From: Lytechinus pictus
Lineage: Eukaryota
Assembly (NCBI RefSeq): GCF_037042905.1
Contig: NC_087252.1
Coordinates: 23,314,001-23,378,000 of the forward strand
Length of the DNA stretch: 64,000 bases
Reading direction: 5' to 3'
Every line of letters starts with the position of its first letter. Positions within the stretch are counted from its first letter, which is position 1. Below the pieces are notes generated by a model. That model was given only the letters and a program-made list of their open reading frames with translations. It did not search any database and had not been told where the DNA came from. This document shows positions 13,150-26,889 of the stretch, piece after piece. The position numbers were made by a program, and so were the translations under genes.

Positions 13150-15250
13150 ATATTTTTTTTTATTTTTTCCTCGTTCAAAGGTACTTTATTCTTCATATTA
13201 TTGTCTCATTTTAACTATTCTTCCGGGGCACAGTGCGTGCAGAGTTACAAAACAAGTTACATATAAACATGTAATATACATCAACTATTTAATCTAAAAT
13301 GTAATAAAGATGAAATTTCTTTATAGGGTTAGCTCTTTGAACATTTGAATTAAATGAACATTGGATTTAAATCGCCATTTTACAAAAAAAGTATCTCTTT
13401 CTTGAACTCATACCAAATTGATTATATATTAAAAGCTCTTCCTTGCATCTTATACATGACATAGGATTTGTACATTGCATACTGTGCAAATATCATAAAC
13501 AAATTAACCAACGTAAACTTGCGATCGTGAATTTTGTATCTAATGAACAACGTCGTTTCGTCAATAGAAATTGGCATTTTAAAAATAAATTGCAGAGAAT
13601 TCTTTATCTTTATCCAAAAATTGGCAACAGGATTACATTCTAACATAATATGAACAAAAGTTTCTTCTGTTTCACAGAACATACAAGATGTGTCATTAGC
13701 TTATTTCCAACGACATAAATTTAATTTAAAGGGTAATAAATTGTGAAGCATTTTCAAGTTGTATTGTCGAATCCTGTTATACTTTAAATACTTTAGTTTG
13801 AAATTTAAAAAATTTTGCCATTCAAAGTTTACTGGTAATCCTAATTTAGATTGCCAGTATTGTATAATGTGTGGATCAGATTTTTTTTGGTTACAAGTAA
13901 AACATAAAAATCTTTTGATTTCATGTTCTTTAAATTTACAATATCTCCTCCACTAATTTCAAAAAGATCTTCTGGAAGCTTTGAAGATAAGGTGTCACAT
14001 TTGTCAGTCCATTCAGCTGGGACAGCTCTTTTTAGCTTTGAATATTCAAACTCGACTAAAAGTTATTTTCATGCTACTATTTCAAAAATTTCTTCCGAAG
14101 GTTTCCAGGCATAATTACGTAATAATTGGTGAACATAAAAGATATTGTGGTCGGACCATCCGTTGAAATAGAAAAGGTTTCTTTCAAATTTTATATGACT
14201 GTTATACCATAACATTTCGTGTTTTATATTATTAATATTGTGATATTCAGTCAATCGTATGTCATACCAAGAGCATAATAGATCTGTATAAAAAGGATGG
14301 AATTTGCTTTTTCATACATACAATTAACATATATTTTTCGAACAATTGAAATGGAGACACAAGGGCATCGGTCCTATCTTTGCTGTCCAAAATTTGAACA
14401 AGTACATCCATGGTTGATCATCGTATTTTAACTATTTTGAAATCCATGAAAGTTTTTATGAAGATAATTTTGAATTTAAGTCTATCATATCTAATTCTCC
14501 TTTATGAAATGAATTAATACAAACATTTCGTTTTATCTTTTCTTTTTTCGAGCCCCAAATAAACGTATACAGCATTTTCTCTAATTCACGTGCCAGGTTG
14601 TTTGGCACGTGTATTACAGTTGCAGGGTAAACAATTTGTGATATTATCAAAGATTTAAGTATTAATATTTTGCCATAATTATATAGTTAAATTTTTTAAT
14701 TATCCAGATGTTCATTATAGATTGAATTTTAATCAATTTTGTATCCCAATTCATTCTTTCTTTTTTTTTACGTTTATCTGTACCTACAAAAATACCAAGG
14801 TATTTCACTGGATCATTTGTCCATTGTATATCTCTTAAGGTTTCATCTTGAGGGAAGGTGGACATTGCATGAGTTTTTGTTAAATTAAGTTTAGGGCCTG
14901 CAATTTTTCCAAATTGCCTTATATCTTCTATCGCAATATTACCAGAATTTACAGAACTCACAAAAATTACTGCATCATCAGCAAGCTGTGATATTTTGAT
15001 TTCTTTTTCTGAACACTGGGTTCCATTTTCTCCTGGAATGATTCCTTCAATATTATCGTTTTGTTTTTATTTTCCTTGCCATAACATCAGCAATTAATAA
15101 AAACAGTAAGGCTGAGAGTGGGCAGCCTTGTCTTACACCTTGTTCGATTTTGAAATTTTGTGACATCCAACCGTTATTAATCACTCTTCCGGAAGCATCA
15201 TTATACAAAACTTTAATCCAATTAATATAAACAAAATAAACACATAAACA
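13150..15250 (-). mobile_element. 5'-truncated, decayed L1/Tx1-clade LINE (RT, C-terminal Cys/His motif, 3' UTR, A-rich tail)
   Basis: GVRQGCPLSALLF, QLADD, VKYLGI, FIWGSKKEKIKR, LWYNSHIK, CMFC..EETFVHIMLEC; AATAAA and A-rich tail near 13150-13190. Confidence 0.9.
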
Positions 15251-15539
15251 AATATAATCAACTTGAAAACAAAGATACACCTACCTCCACGATAGCTACA
15301 TATTTTGCATATAAAATCTTGCGGGGTTAAAAAAAAGCGTGCGCATTTTGTAATTTTGTTGCTATTTTTAAAAAGTGCATTGAATACAAAAGGTTAAATT
15401 CCTTGATTTTGGTCACTTGGACCAAATTCAGGCTTGCTTTGTTATTGTCCGATTTTTGTTGAAAAAATACATTTTTATTAATCAGCTGCATCAAATTAAC
15501 AAACTTGGGAATGAGTTGGTCGAATGAATAGTCTGTCTT

Positions 15540-17080
15540 CTTGTTACATGCTTTGATTGAATTGAATGATATCCTATTACATAATATTCATAATAATAAT
15601 TTCCATTCATTCGGTATCTTTCTTGATTTTTCAGAAGCATTTGACATGACTGACCATAACATTCTTTTATATAAATGGCCATATTTTGGAAATTCGTGGT
15701 GTAGCCCTTCAGTTGTTTCATAGTTATTTATCGAATAGGAAACAATACACAACCTTCAATAATAATGACTCGTCTTTTTCCAATGTTGAATGCGGAATTC
15801 CGCAGGGGTCCGTACTCGGCCCCCTGCTTTTTTCTGTTATATGTCCATGATTTATGTAATGTTTCTTAATTTTTCATTTCATTTAGTTTGCTGATGATAC
15901 CAACATTGTTCTTCACACAAATATGTTGATATACTCCAGCGTAAGACAAGTGAAGAACTTTGCAAACTTATCGACTTGTTTGATTCCAATTAGTTAGCAA
16001 TCAATCATGATAAAACGTGTATTTTGTATTTTTCCAAATCAAATATTAAGCCTCCTCACCACAAAGTGAAAGTAAAAATTAAAAATTCATATTTGAATGT
16101 TTCAAAGTCAGTAAAATTCCTTTGAGTTTTACTGGATGATCAACTTTCATTTCGGGACCATCGCATAGATTTACTTAATCAGATTTCCAAGAATGTTGGT
16201 ATCATCAGCAAATCACAATCTGTTTTACCCGAAAAATAATTATTTATGTTGTACAACTCACTTGTATTTCCTTTTGTCTATTGTTGTATATTACCTGGGG
16301 AAACATAGGAAAAAATCAATTAGAACCCTTTCATAAATTGCAGAAAAAAAAGCCTTAGGTATCTGAACAAAATCTTCCTATTATGCATCATCTGCCCCCT
16401 CTTCTTTGAATTAAAAACACTAAATATTTATGACATTTATGAATTTAAAGTTGCAGTTTTGATGTATTATATATAACAAGAAATGGCACCTGTAAACATT
16501 TCTGAATTTTCTTAATTATGATAGTGATTTTCACCAGTATAATACTCGTTTAGCTTCTCATTTTTATCTTCCACTGACCTCAAATAATGAAATTCTTAAA
16601 AAGAAATTAAACATGCAGGACCGAGAATTTATAACAATGTGGATACTATAATTCGTTCCTGCCTCCTCATTTAAAATTTTACTTAAAAGACAATTAATTA
16701 GTAGTTATTCCCTTGATTCCCTTTCCCTTTTCTAAACATACTCTCCTCCCCCCTCTCTCTCTCTTCTCTCTCTTGTTTGAGTGTAATGGGTCATGGATGT
16801 GTGTTGGGTGTGGGTCATTCTGTGTTTGATGTGTGAATTTATGATTCCATCTATTTGAATAGAATTATTTACATGTATGGTAAATTTTATACTTGTAAAG
16901 CGGCACCTGCCTACAAGATTTTAATGTTTTGGTTGCCTCTTACCATATGTTGATTTTTTTACATGAATGTATAAATTATATTTATTTGTTGTCTGTGCTG
17001 CTAAATTTATGCATTTATATGTTATTTTTTATTGCATTTGAATACTTTCATATGGTTAATAAATGAATTGAATTGAATTT
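15540..17080 (+). mobile_element. 5'-truncated, decayed L2/Crack (CR1-group) LINE
   Basis: GIFLDFSEAFD..DHNILL, SYLSNRKQY, GIPQGSVLGPLLF, FADDT; 3' end AATAAA(TGAAT)n. Confidence 0.9.
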
Positions 17081-17853
17081 CGGCTTGTGAGAACGAGAAC
17101 TTGGTAGTGTAACACGAGAGGCGGCGCTGTTGACAAAATGCCCATTATCATCACATTATAATCAATATACGGTGTTGATTATCGGTTGTATAAAATTATG
17201 TGAAATATATTACCTCATCTGTCTTAATTTTTGCAGGTTCGAATAAAAATTTCACACAGAAGAAGCATCGGGGTAAATCGGTGGAGGAGGCCGTAGGGGT
17301 GGGGGTGACCAAGTAAAGTGTTTAAAATTGATTCGCGTTAAAATTAAGATATTAAGGGCTAAACTTATTACAAACTATATTCCATATACGGTAGGTTACA
17401 ATATATAGGCCTCATGTTATGAATGCCCATATTATTGCCCTTGTTGTCATCCATGTGGGCCCTATCAAACTCACATGGTTATGTGATATGGCCCCTATGG
17501 GCCTGGGTGCAAAACACTAAGGGATGAAATGCGCATGTGGGTTCCACAAGGGTACTCAGACGGACCCTTATTACGGAACCCACACGGGCTTGCTCTCTAT
17601 CTGCGCCATTACTCTTTTTTTTTGCAATATCTTAATATAATATAACTTCCCCTCTTCAGATATTGTACAACAACAAAATGAGTTATAAAAAGGCATCCAT
17701 TACTCTTGTCAAACATAAAACAACGAGGAAATATTATTAAAAGAAAATTATGAAACTGATACAAAAAGTTTTTTTTAATATGATAAATTAAAGTAGAAAT
17801 TTCAATTACGCTTATTTTGCCATTCTTAAATATAAAAAGCAAACATGCTTTAA

Positions 17854-18946
17854 AGGGGAAGTTTACCTTGACGAAATATTCATAGGAAAATTAGCAGAAA
17901 TATAATAAAAAAATATTGGTGAAGGCTTAAGGTAAATCCATAAAAAATTGAAACGTTTTTCGAATTTCATTTTTTATTATTATTGACATCATATGTGAGC
18001 AGCTTCTTATATAGCGTGAAAAAAAATCAATGAAATGCCATTTTCTAAGCAAATTGAAAATTGTTTTTAGTGTACCTCCAGTTTATCAACAGAATAATCA
18101 TTTTGAACCCGTTCCTGGAGAAATAAAAATGTAAGTCAACATCATATAAACCAACAATTTTGAAATTTATGAATTTTATATTACGTAACGTATGGGGCAG
18201 CTGCTCGTATGTCACAAATCGAAAACCCAAAATTATAACAACTTTCTTAATCTTCAATTGATTTTACTCAAATCTTCACCAATATCTTTTAGAATTGTTT
18301 TTACAACACAATTATTGTTAGCATGAACGTCCCCTATAAAGGGAGGTCCAACCTAGGTCATAACATGTTGTATCGGAAAAGAGAAAAATAAGAATGACAG
18401 AATAATGAAAGTTTGAAAGAAATCGGACAAAAAATAACAAATTTATGGCTGCTTTAAAATTGAATTTTAAATCGGCAACTGGGTAAGTTAATTATGACGA
18501 GGGGCTGCAAAGGGCAAGGGTCACTTTCCCATAGGCCATGCACTTCATGATCAGGATCTTGTAGTTTTCTCTTAAGTATGTATTCCCCTGGGGCAGCGAT
18601 AGAAATATAACTCACGTATAGCCTCTTATTTTATGTCCTAATGAAAGAAATATATAATTTTCAATAAAACTTACAACTTAAAAAATGTCATTTTATGTAT
18701 TGAAGTAAGTGGAAGAGTAGTCAGACCAGTGCTATGACATCACAAATATGCGGCCAATTCGAAGTCTGCATGGGTATTGTATTTACCGATTTTGACAACT
18801 TTTACAAATTCATAACTTTCTTATTGTTTGTGGGATAAATTTCAAGCTTTCACGTACGAAGTTATTTGATTTTTCTTTTTTCCCCTATATACAAGGATAT
18901 TTTTAACGCAGAAAGAAATATGGCGCCATCTTGTGACGAGACCTCT
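17854..18946. mobile_element. Two adjacent TTAA-flanked (Kolobok-like) MITEs
   Basis: TTAA-AGGGGAAGT...ACGTCCCCT-ATAA-AGGGAGGTC...GACCTCT-TTAA. Confidence 0.6.
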
Positions 18947-18984
18947 TTAATGACCAGAACTTATTCACCTATCTAAATAGCATT

Positions 18985-19057
18985 GCCCGGTTAGCTCAGT
19001 CGGTAGAGCATCAGACTTTTAATCTGAGGGTCGCGGGTTCGAGTCCCTCATCGGGCG
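18985..19057 (+). tRNA. tRNA-Lys(TTT): tRNA-Lys, anticodon UUU
   Basis: 73-nt cloverleaf GCCCGGTTAGCTCAGTCGGTAGAGCATCAGACTTTTAATCTGAGGGTCGCGGGTTCGAGTCCCTCATCGGGCG; A and B boxes; downstream T runs. Confidence 0.93.
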
Positions 19058-19065
19058 AGAGCAAT

Positions 19066-19078
19066 ATTTTTGTTTTTT
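19066..19078 (+). terminator. Pol III terminator T-tracts
   Basis: TTTTTTGTTTTTT about 9 nt after the tRNA 3' end. Confidence 0.7.
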
Positions 19079-19554
19079 GTGTGACATCATTGAAAATGCG
19101 AATCAAGCAAGAAAAACTGGATTGTATTTGTGTTGTCATGGGAATAAAGTTTCAAAATGATTACATCAAAATCATCTTACAAATGCATTAAACGAGGATT
19201 CGCTTGCCCAATTTTACCAAAGCTGCGGCTCCGATCTCGTATATTTTGTTTACACATTTGAAAAAAAAAATTTGTTTAAAGTTTATATTTTCTCAACGAA
19301 AATCCCGTTATTTTCCCTCGGTTATTTAGGAAATCACAAATTTTGTTCATCATCATCAGCAGCAGCAGCAGCAGTGGTAGCAGCATCATAATCCTCATTA
19401 AGTAATAGATAGCCTATATACATGTAGAAAGATATATCAATACGCATACATCGTATACAGATAGATCTGTCGATTGATCAAATAAATATAATGGAGAGAT
19501 ATTAGGGGTAAAACTATAGCTTATAGAATTTGTTTGTGCATCGGGTGAAATTAA

Positions 19555-19949
19555 AGAGAAATGCCAGTAGTTGCAGTAAACACTGATTTCATGAGAAAGT
19601 CTGTAAAACCAGGCTTAATTGTCAGTATATCATCGAGGATCTAGATCTGGTACAGTTACATAAACTGAACTTTGTGAAATCTTGAAAATCGACGCTGAAA
19701 AATGTTCACACTGAAGATCACCAACACAGATAGGCACACGTGGGACAGTGTATTATTATTGCTGGAATAAAGACCCGACGGAAGTGACCGAATCCGCGCT
19801 TATTTTGCTTATTTCTCAGCAAATACATAATTTCTTCCAGAATCCTTTTGCACATATTTTTTATTCGTACAAACAGACACTTAGGTGGTCATTATATTAG
19901 ATTCTGTAAAAAGTCATTTTGAGATCGTTACCAGAACTGGAATTTATCT
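19555..19949. mobile_element. TTAA-flanked (Kolobok-like) MITE
   Basis: TIR AGAGAAATGCCAGT/ACTGGAATTTATCT; TTAA on both sides. Confidence 0.75.
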
Positions 19950-20690
19950 TTAAGCTGCATTTCAAGAAAAACGAGCGGTTATATTCATTTTTCGTCACGC
20001 GCCGGCGAACAGACAAGCGTTCTAAACCTTCACACACAATGGGTTACATTCCTAAATGAAAAGCCCTCTTTTCAATATGCCATGCCGTTGTCCTACAAAA
20101 CAGTTTAGGGTTCATTCGTTGGGCGGGGACGCAATAGGCAAAACTTTTTTTACGACTGCGTTTGAATATTTGTAAAGAGTAATCTTCAGGTCAAAATTGT
20201 GTATGACACCTGACCTCGTCTTAATCATTTATCATCTAGAACCTATAACCTTGGATTTGGAGATATTAGTTGGTAAGTGTATAGATTTAAAGTATCTATA
20301 TTCATGTATAAACTAATAATAATAACGATGTCCTTGGCGCTTCTTAAAAAGACATTGTGATATACTGTAAAAACGCTGTTTAAAATTTTAAGCACGTAGT
20401 TTAAGCCCGCCACTCTAACGTCTATTGGTTAAACTTTTCAAACAAGTTTTTTTTTTAAGTTTAAACAATTACAATTTTTTAAACAACTTTTTGTTAGATT
20501 GACAGACTTAAACAACTTGTTATATTTTTTTTTTTACTGTGTATACTATACGCCTACAAGGCAGTGGCATATCATTCTTAATTCATATTTGCCTATATGA
20601 ATTATGTTTATACTTATTCTCCAAAGTGGGAGTAGAACTTATAGACAAAACATGACGCGACAACGTAACATTGATTGCTCGCATGTATTG

Positions 20691-20936
20691 CACTGCAAAA
20701 ACGCCGTTGTTAATTTAACACCAGTCTGGTAACTATATATCGGTGATCGGTCAACACCGGAGAGGTGTTGAATCAACACCGTTTTGGCGTTAGGCTGACA
20801 ACAATTTGGCATTTAAGCAACACCAATTAAACCAATATCTGTTTGATTCTTAAGGTGTTGTTTTAACGTGCTTCTCTGGTGTGGACTGATATAAATACCG
20901 GGCTGGTGTTGAATTAACACCGGTATTTTTGCAGTG
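20691..20936. mobile_element. CACTA/EnSpm-like MITE
   Basis: Ends CACTGCAAAAA/TTTTTGCAGTG with AACACC subrepeats; truncated relative near 665-730. Confidence 0.7.
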
Positions 20937-21464
20937 TAATTTACCAAAGAAGCGAAGAAGAAGTAAAGTCATATGACATATTGATGCATGGTCATATTCT
21001 TGGACTTACGTATGAATTGTTTATACAGCAAATCAATATCTATCATTGTACATAGTTTTATATTTCCGATTGTAGATATATACAATCAAGGCAAGAATAA
21101 TGAGCTTATTGTTGCATGTTCTAGTTACTTATGAAATTTGTTTAAATTCGGTCTTCATGAACTTACTTCCGATTCGTTCTACGATCATCTTCTTAAAAAG
21201 AATGTATTTACCTATTGCATGACATCAACTATAGTGTGTACGAAGTTATTTTTTCCGCAAAACGTGTTCTAAGGCCTAGAATAAATCTATCTATAACTTA
21301 GGTAAAATTAAATCCCAGTGGAAAGTGATTAAAAAAAGATAAGAAACGCAAAAGTGTTAATGAGTGAAAATAGGAGAAAAGAGAATATTTATTTCTTTTA
21401 TTGCAGCCATTTCAGTCCTTGAATAATTGCGAACACTCTTAGTAATTAAGATGATAATGATTAA

Positions 21465-21782
21465 CAGGGGCGGATCCGGGATTTCCCACGGAAAATTTGA
21501 CAAGCCAAAAAAAAAAAATAATAAAAAGCTTTCACCCCAAACTGAGGTTCATGACGTTCACGAAAACAAAAGAAAAGAAAAGGCCATCGCATTGTGTTCC
21601 AACGACATATTCCCATTAAAATAGATCCTGTGACTTTCAAAATGGGGACACACTTGTGTAAAAACGGCATATTTTCATTAAAATTTTTGATTATGGCTCT
21701 CAAGGAGGGTGGGGGGGGGGGCACGGGCCGGATGTGCCCCACCTGCGCCGGATGTGCCCCACCTGCAGTGGATCCGCCACTT
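21465..21782. mobile_element. MITE with 8-bp TSD (hAT-like)
   Basis: CAGGGGCGGATCC...GGATCCGCCACTT flanked by ATGATTAA duplication. Confidence 0.8.
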
Positions 21783-22913
21783 ATGATTAATATTGAGAAG
21801 CGGCAGTATATATACAATTTACAATAGCGCTTATATAATTTGAGTTTATACGCCCACATTAAGCAATAAACAACAATACTAATTAACAATCAATCATGTC
21901 AATAGTGGAAAGAAAAAATGAGAATAGATTACTGAGGGGGGGGGGGGGTTGAGGATTTACGGTAAATGTTGAAGGCAGGAATATTAGAAGCCACTTAATA
22001 GAAAGGGGATAGCATTCTTAAACTGTCATTAGTAGCTGATATGCACAGTAGAACCCAGTTACACTTATTCCCTAATTCGACTCTCAATCGTGAATAAATT
22101 ATTTTCAGTCACGCCTCACTATCCTTAAGCACAACCAGTGCAACAACATCAACACCTGAAATAGAAAACATTTATATACTTTACAAAAAACATACCTGTT
22201 TCGAGGGGAGCACCAAGCTTCGACGGCAAGACAGCACGAACGGTACTTACTGACGAATGTACTGAGGCCTCCCTCTGAGTTCAGATCTCGAAGAACTCAT
22301 CAATGTACTGTACATGCTGTAAGGCCTATTCATCCATCAGAATTCTCTTTGCTCTATCTTCTTGCATCCAGTCAATCGTCCACATATCCATCCCGAATAA
22401 GACGTCCGTACTGTGCTGTGTCGAACTCGGTCAGTGAATTCCGAATCGTTTAGGAATTCAGACACTCCTCACGCAAGCATTGTTATGCTAATCGGATACT
22501 TCTGCTAAGAAAAGAAAATGTATTTATTCCCTAATTCGACTCTCAATCGTGAATAAATTATTTTCAGTCACGCCTCACTATCCTTAAGCACAACCAGTGC
22601 AACAACATCAACACCTGAAATAGAAAACATTTATATACTTTACAAAAAACATACCTGTTTCGAGGGGAGCACCAAGCTTCGACGGCAAGACAAGCTAAAC
22701 TTATAGCTCCCCCTCTCAGTCAATCAAAGAACGGGTAAACAAGAAAATGAGTTACACGACGCAATCATTTCAATTTAACCAACTTTAAATGTATAATGAT
22801 AATAATACATGTCTCATTCAACAATCTCATCGAACGCCTACAATCCATCTTTAACAAAGTTATACGTATAATCATACTAGGCTGAGGCTAATTTACCCGG
22901 TATAAAAATAATT

Positions 22914-23900
22914 CTAAAGCCCCAAATTCATAGAAATTGAAAGACAATCCTTCATATTGTCTTTAATATATCCATCCTTAGCAGTCTCCGACCTCCACCT
23001 ACCATGTTTCTTAAACAACCTGTCTGGAACACCAAAGTTCGCTGCTGCTGTGGCTCCGCCACTTCGGAGGCTATGCATGCCAAAACTCTTTGGATTCAAC
23101 CCTACTTTCGCCAACGCCTCTCTCAATAATTCTAAACATCTAGTATAAGACAACTGTCCACGTCTTAACTTGTAACTATTACTGGATTTACAGTAATTTA
23201 GAGGCCTAAAAAGAAATACTTCATCAGAGGCATCGTTAAGCCCCGCTGCAATCAAATATTTCCTCAAAGCTAATACGGGGCAGGTGGGGAATTTGTAGCA
23301 CCTATAAGAACCCATGCTCCTTGCCTGTAAATATCGGTTTTACTTTTCATGATGAAAGTATTCACATGAGACAAATACAAGTCTAAATCACATTTACGAA
23401 TATGTATCATTTCATCAAATCGTAGAATGCCTGCGTAGGAAATCAAAATCATAGCACATAATCGAATATCTAATAGACTCGTTGAAGATCCATACTTCTC
23501 AACAACTGCTTTCAAAATGTCTGGGGTTATAACTTCTTTCTTAACGATCGGTTTGTTTAGTAATTTCTTTAAACATTGTAAAACAATATGTATGAACTTG
23601 CGATCACAGGGATTAACATTCATCCTTGGCTTGCAGTCAAAATGCCACTTAATGGCGTAAAAAGCCGATTCTATCCTCGAATAAGGAGCTTCTCTTTGAT
23701 ACAAATGAATAAGATAGCGACTAATATCTTCTGGTTCTGCTGTGTCAGAATTTACTTTATTTTGCTTACACTAATCTCTCCAGGTATTCAACGCTCTGTT
23801 GTATTTACTCATAGTGTTATCAGCTCTCGAAGCTGTCAAGACCTTGTTCAAAGTTATATCATATCCTTCATGAAGAGAATTTCTGGATTTAAGAAAAATT
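22914..23900 (-). pseudogene. Tyrosine recombinase of the PAT-like element (frameshifted)
   Basis: Catalytic motifs GILRFDE, KSKTD, HSLRSGGAT, HGRW, KDGY split over ORFs 23270-23704 and 22914-23315. Confidence 0.92.
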
Positions 23901-24559
23901 TAACAAAACTTATAAGCTGGTATATATTTATCTCAACACAATATATTCAAATTGTGATAAATTCTCAAGTTAATGCAGTCATTCTTATCAAATTCTCAAA
24001 ATTTAATCACTTCTAATACGTTTTACAGCCATGACAGCAAAATTAAACATTAACTATGCAGCTATCCTCAAACCAGGTGGTTTTATATTTTCACTAAAAT
24101 TTCAGTATGAAATTCATTAGATCACAATTCCATATCATAATTCGTTTCAATCGTCTTGAAGGCTTAGCAAAGCAATAGCTTTGGGATTCATTTCCTTTGC
24201 GAAAATATTTATTTTTGCCTTAAAACACTTGCAAAAAACTTTCTGAACCATTTCATTCACAAGAATTCTGTAATTTTGAGACTTTGAATGTTTTCAATCA
24301 TCACCAATTTCTTCATTCTGAGCTCCGCCGCCAGTAAATTATAACTAATTTGAGAATGAAATCTCATATCAATTCCTTATCAACCTTTACGATGGTTATC
24401 CTTTTACATAATCATAACATTCTCCAATTTTCCATCACCACTTCTTTGCTCTGCAGCATAAGTGGATCCTAGCTATGCAGCTATCTGCCATGCGGCCGTG
24501 TAAAAATTACATGTTGCATTCCAACAGTATAATTTTGAATTAACCTCCATCAAATGGAT

Positions 24560-26500
24560 TTATTACATACCAGCATTCATGTCAGCCATCTCTCACAAAC
24601 CGTTTTTTTTTTTTTTTTTTTTTTTTTAATTATTATTTCTGCCTTGAACGAAAATTCCTTGAGGATTATCAATTTTGAAGTATTCAGAGAATAAGGAACG
24701 AAAATCACTTTGTTCAGAGAAAAGAATCGGCCAGAAGGGTGCAGACGGCCAGAAGGGAACAACCAAAGTCCCCCTAGCAGAACAAAACCTTCAGATGCTT
24801 AAGTACTTGCCCTATACATGCTATACATTCGATAGGTGGAACCAACCAATTATTCTCGCCCGACCAATCACATGAGAAGGGATCAACATGATCTATTAGG
24901 GGACACCAATATTTAGAATTGAACTTCTTAATTTTGAAATTAAAATCGTCCGCAAGTCTGTCCACAGTGTGAGGGCCCCAGATTTTGTCCAAAAATCCGA
25001 CAAATTCATCTGACACACCCCAATCATCAAAATCTATCATGCGACTTAATGCATCTGCAAAACGGTTCTCCTCTCTGGGAGCCCAATGAACGTGAAGACT
25101 AATGTTGTTTCTTTTACACAACTCAAAGATGTGTAAACTCATCTCATGCAATTCTGCAATCATACTTCCTTTATTTACAATCGATCCTACTCCTTTATTA
25201 TCACAGAGGACCTTGACAGTTTTATGTCTCATGTGAGATACAACTGTTTGCAGTGTCATACTTACTGACTTGAGTTCTCTCCAAGTGGAGTTTTTAACCA
25301 TTTCAAACTCAAACCAATCTCATCCCATTTCATGCCTGCGCACTCAGAAACCCAGGCCCCGCAGCCTGATGGACTTGCATCAGAATAGATGAAAGTCTGT
25401 GGAACTGAATAAGCAGAAATAATGTTTACGTTAAGAATATGCAAATTCTTCTCCAGAAGAAGAACACGAATATTAATTCATCACTATTGATCACATTATG
25501 TCCTATCCCAATGTACCCTCCGGATGATTTCGTGATGCATAAATCTGGTTTTAATTTGAGTAACTGTGCCAAACACTGGATACAATGTATCTTTCCAACT
25601 ATAACTACGATCTTTCGTTCTGAAACCTCAGGCAATTCTGCTTGAAATGAATCTGAACATAACTCAAGATTCTTCATCCTTCTTTCAGTAATCTTTATAT
25701 AAGCTACTCTGCTTTCCCGTGGTATTCCTATCCAATCCAAACACTGGACAGGAGTCCATTGAGATATTTCTCAACATTTGGTATCAAACCTGCTTCAAGT
25801 AAGTCATTTTTCACCGTCTTGACCATAGTATCATACGAATCAAAGGAAGCAGCACGACCCAATCATCTATATACCAAAAAAAATGAAAATACCATTTCTA
25901 TACGCCAATGATTAACGATAGGCTTAAATCGTGTAATGAAAACAAAGGTAGCTGTTGCCAACCCAATGACAACACCTAAAAGGAGAAAAACCTTGTACCA
26001 CTACCAAAATCCCAACTAAAGCCTACAATTTTTCATGCACTTGAAAAATGTAATAATGATGATAACCTTGCTTAAGTTCAAAGGAAAGCATAAAATCTCC
26101 CTGTTTTAAATAAGACATGACTACATTCCAGTCTTCAAGTATAATAGTGTTCTTCCACAAGTGTTAGTTGACATAACGTTAACCAAGAATCAGTCTCTTT
26201 TTATATCTGAACTCTGAATTGAATCTGAAAGGGGGTAACATCATGGGGTGCAGTGGTGGATTCAACAACTAAACCCTTTTTAATAATAATTCGTTCATGG
26301 CTTCAGAAACGAAATCGGGATCGATGTCAATGCTGACTTATCATCTTATTGTAAGGTAATTTGTAACCATGTTCATTGACATCTACAACAAATTGAGATG
26401 CATCAGTTGATTTCCAAATTGTAAGGAAGCATTCAATCTACCTTTAACCAAAGGTTCTGAATTTCATTGATCATACTCATAATTTCTCAAATAAAATTCT
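24560..26500 (-). pseudogene. RT-RNase H-adenine methyltransferase-like pol of the PAT-like element (many frameshifts and stops)
   Basis: VKGRL..GYKLP N-terminus; YIDD near 25865; YSDAS, STWREL, CDN, WAPREENRFADALSR (RNase H); WGPHTVDR..FNSKYW..DWSGENNWLVPP (MT-like). Confidence 0.9.
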
Positions 26501-26889
26501 TCCTCCTACCCTGCACATCTTGTCGAATCAACACTAACGTTACTCGATGTTTCCCAACCGAAACAAATTCAACAATGCTCTGTTTCTGTATTTCTTAATT
26601 TAGAAGGGCCCGCTGACGGACCAGGAGTAGTCAATATATTCCAGATTGTTTGATCTGTGTCATATCTATGTCTAGGTTCATTAGTAAGAGGTGGAATTCA
26701 ACCAAAATAACACATCTTTTCTTAACATATAATTATGGACTAGGTAGAATCAAGAATAGATTCCTTTGCTACGCCCTTCTGATCATTCTACTCTTCAGTT
26801 CTCAAATACCACACTTCGTCAAATACAGAACAAAACTGACATTTACCTTGCTCAGTTTGACCATGATCAATGGATCATTTAACTCTGTT

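Noticed and set aside
22234..22395. Possible ribozyme in the A2-B2 spacer (TTGATGAG plus hairpin on the - strand)
   Set aside because: No CUGAUGA/GAAA core or stem III
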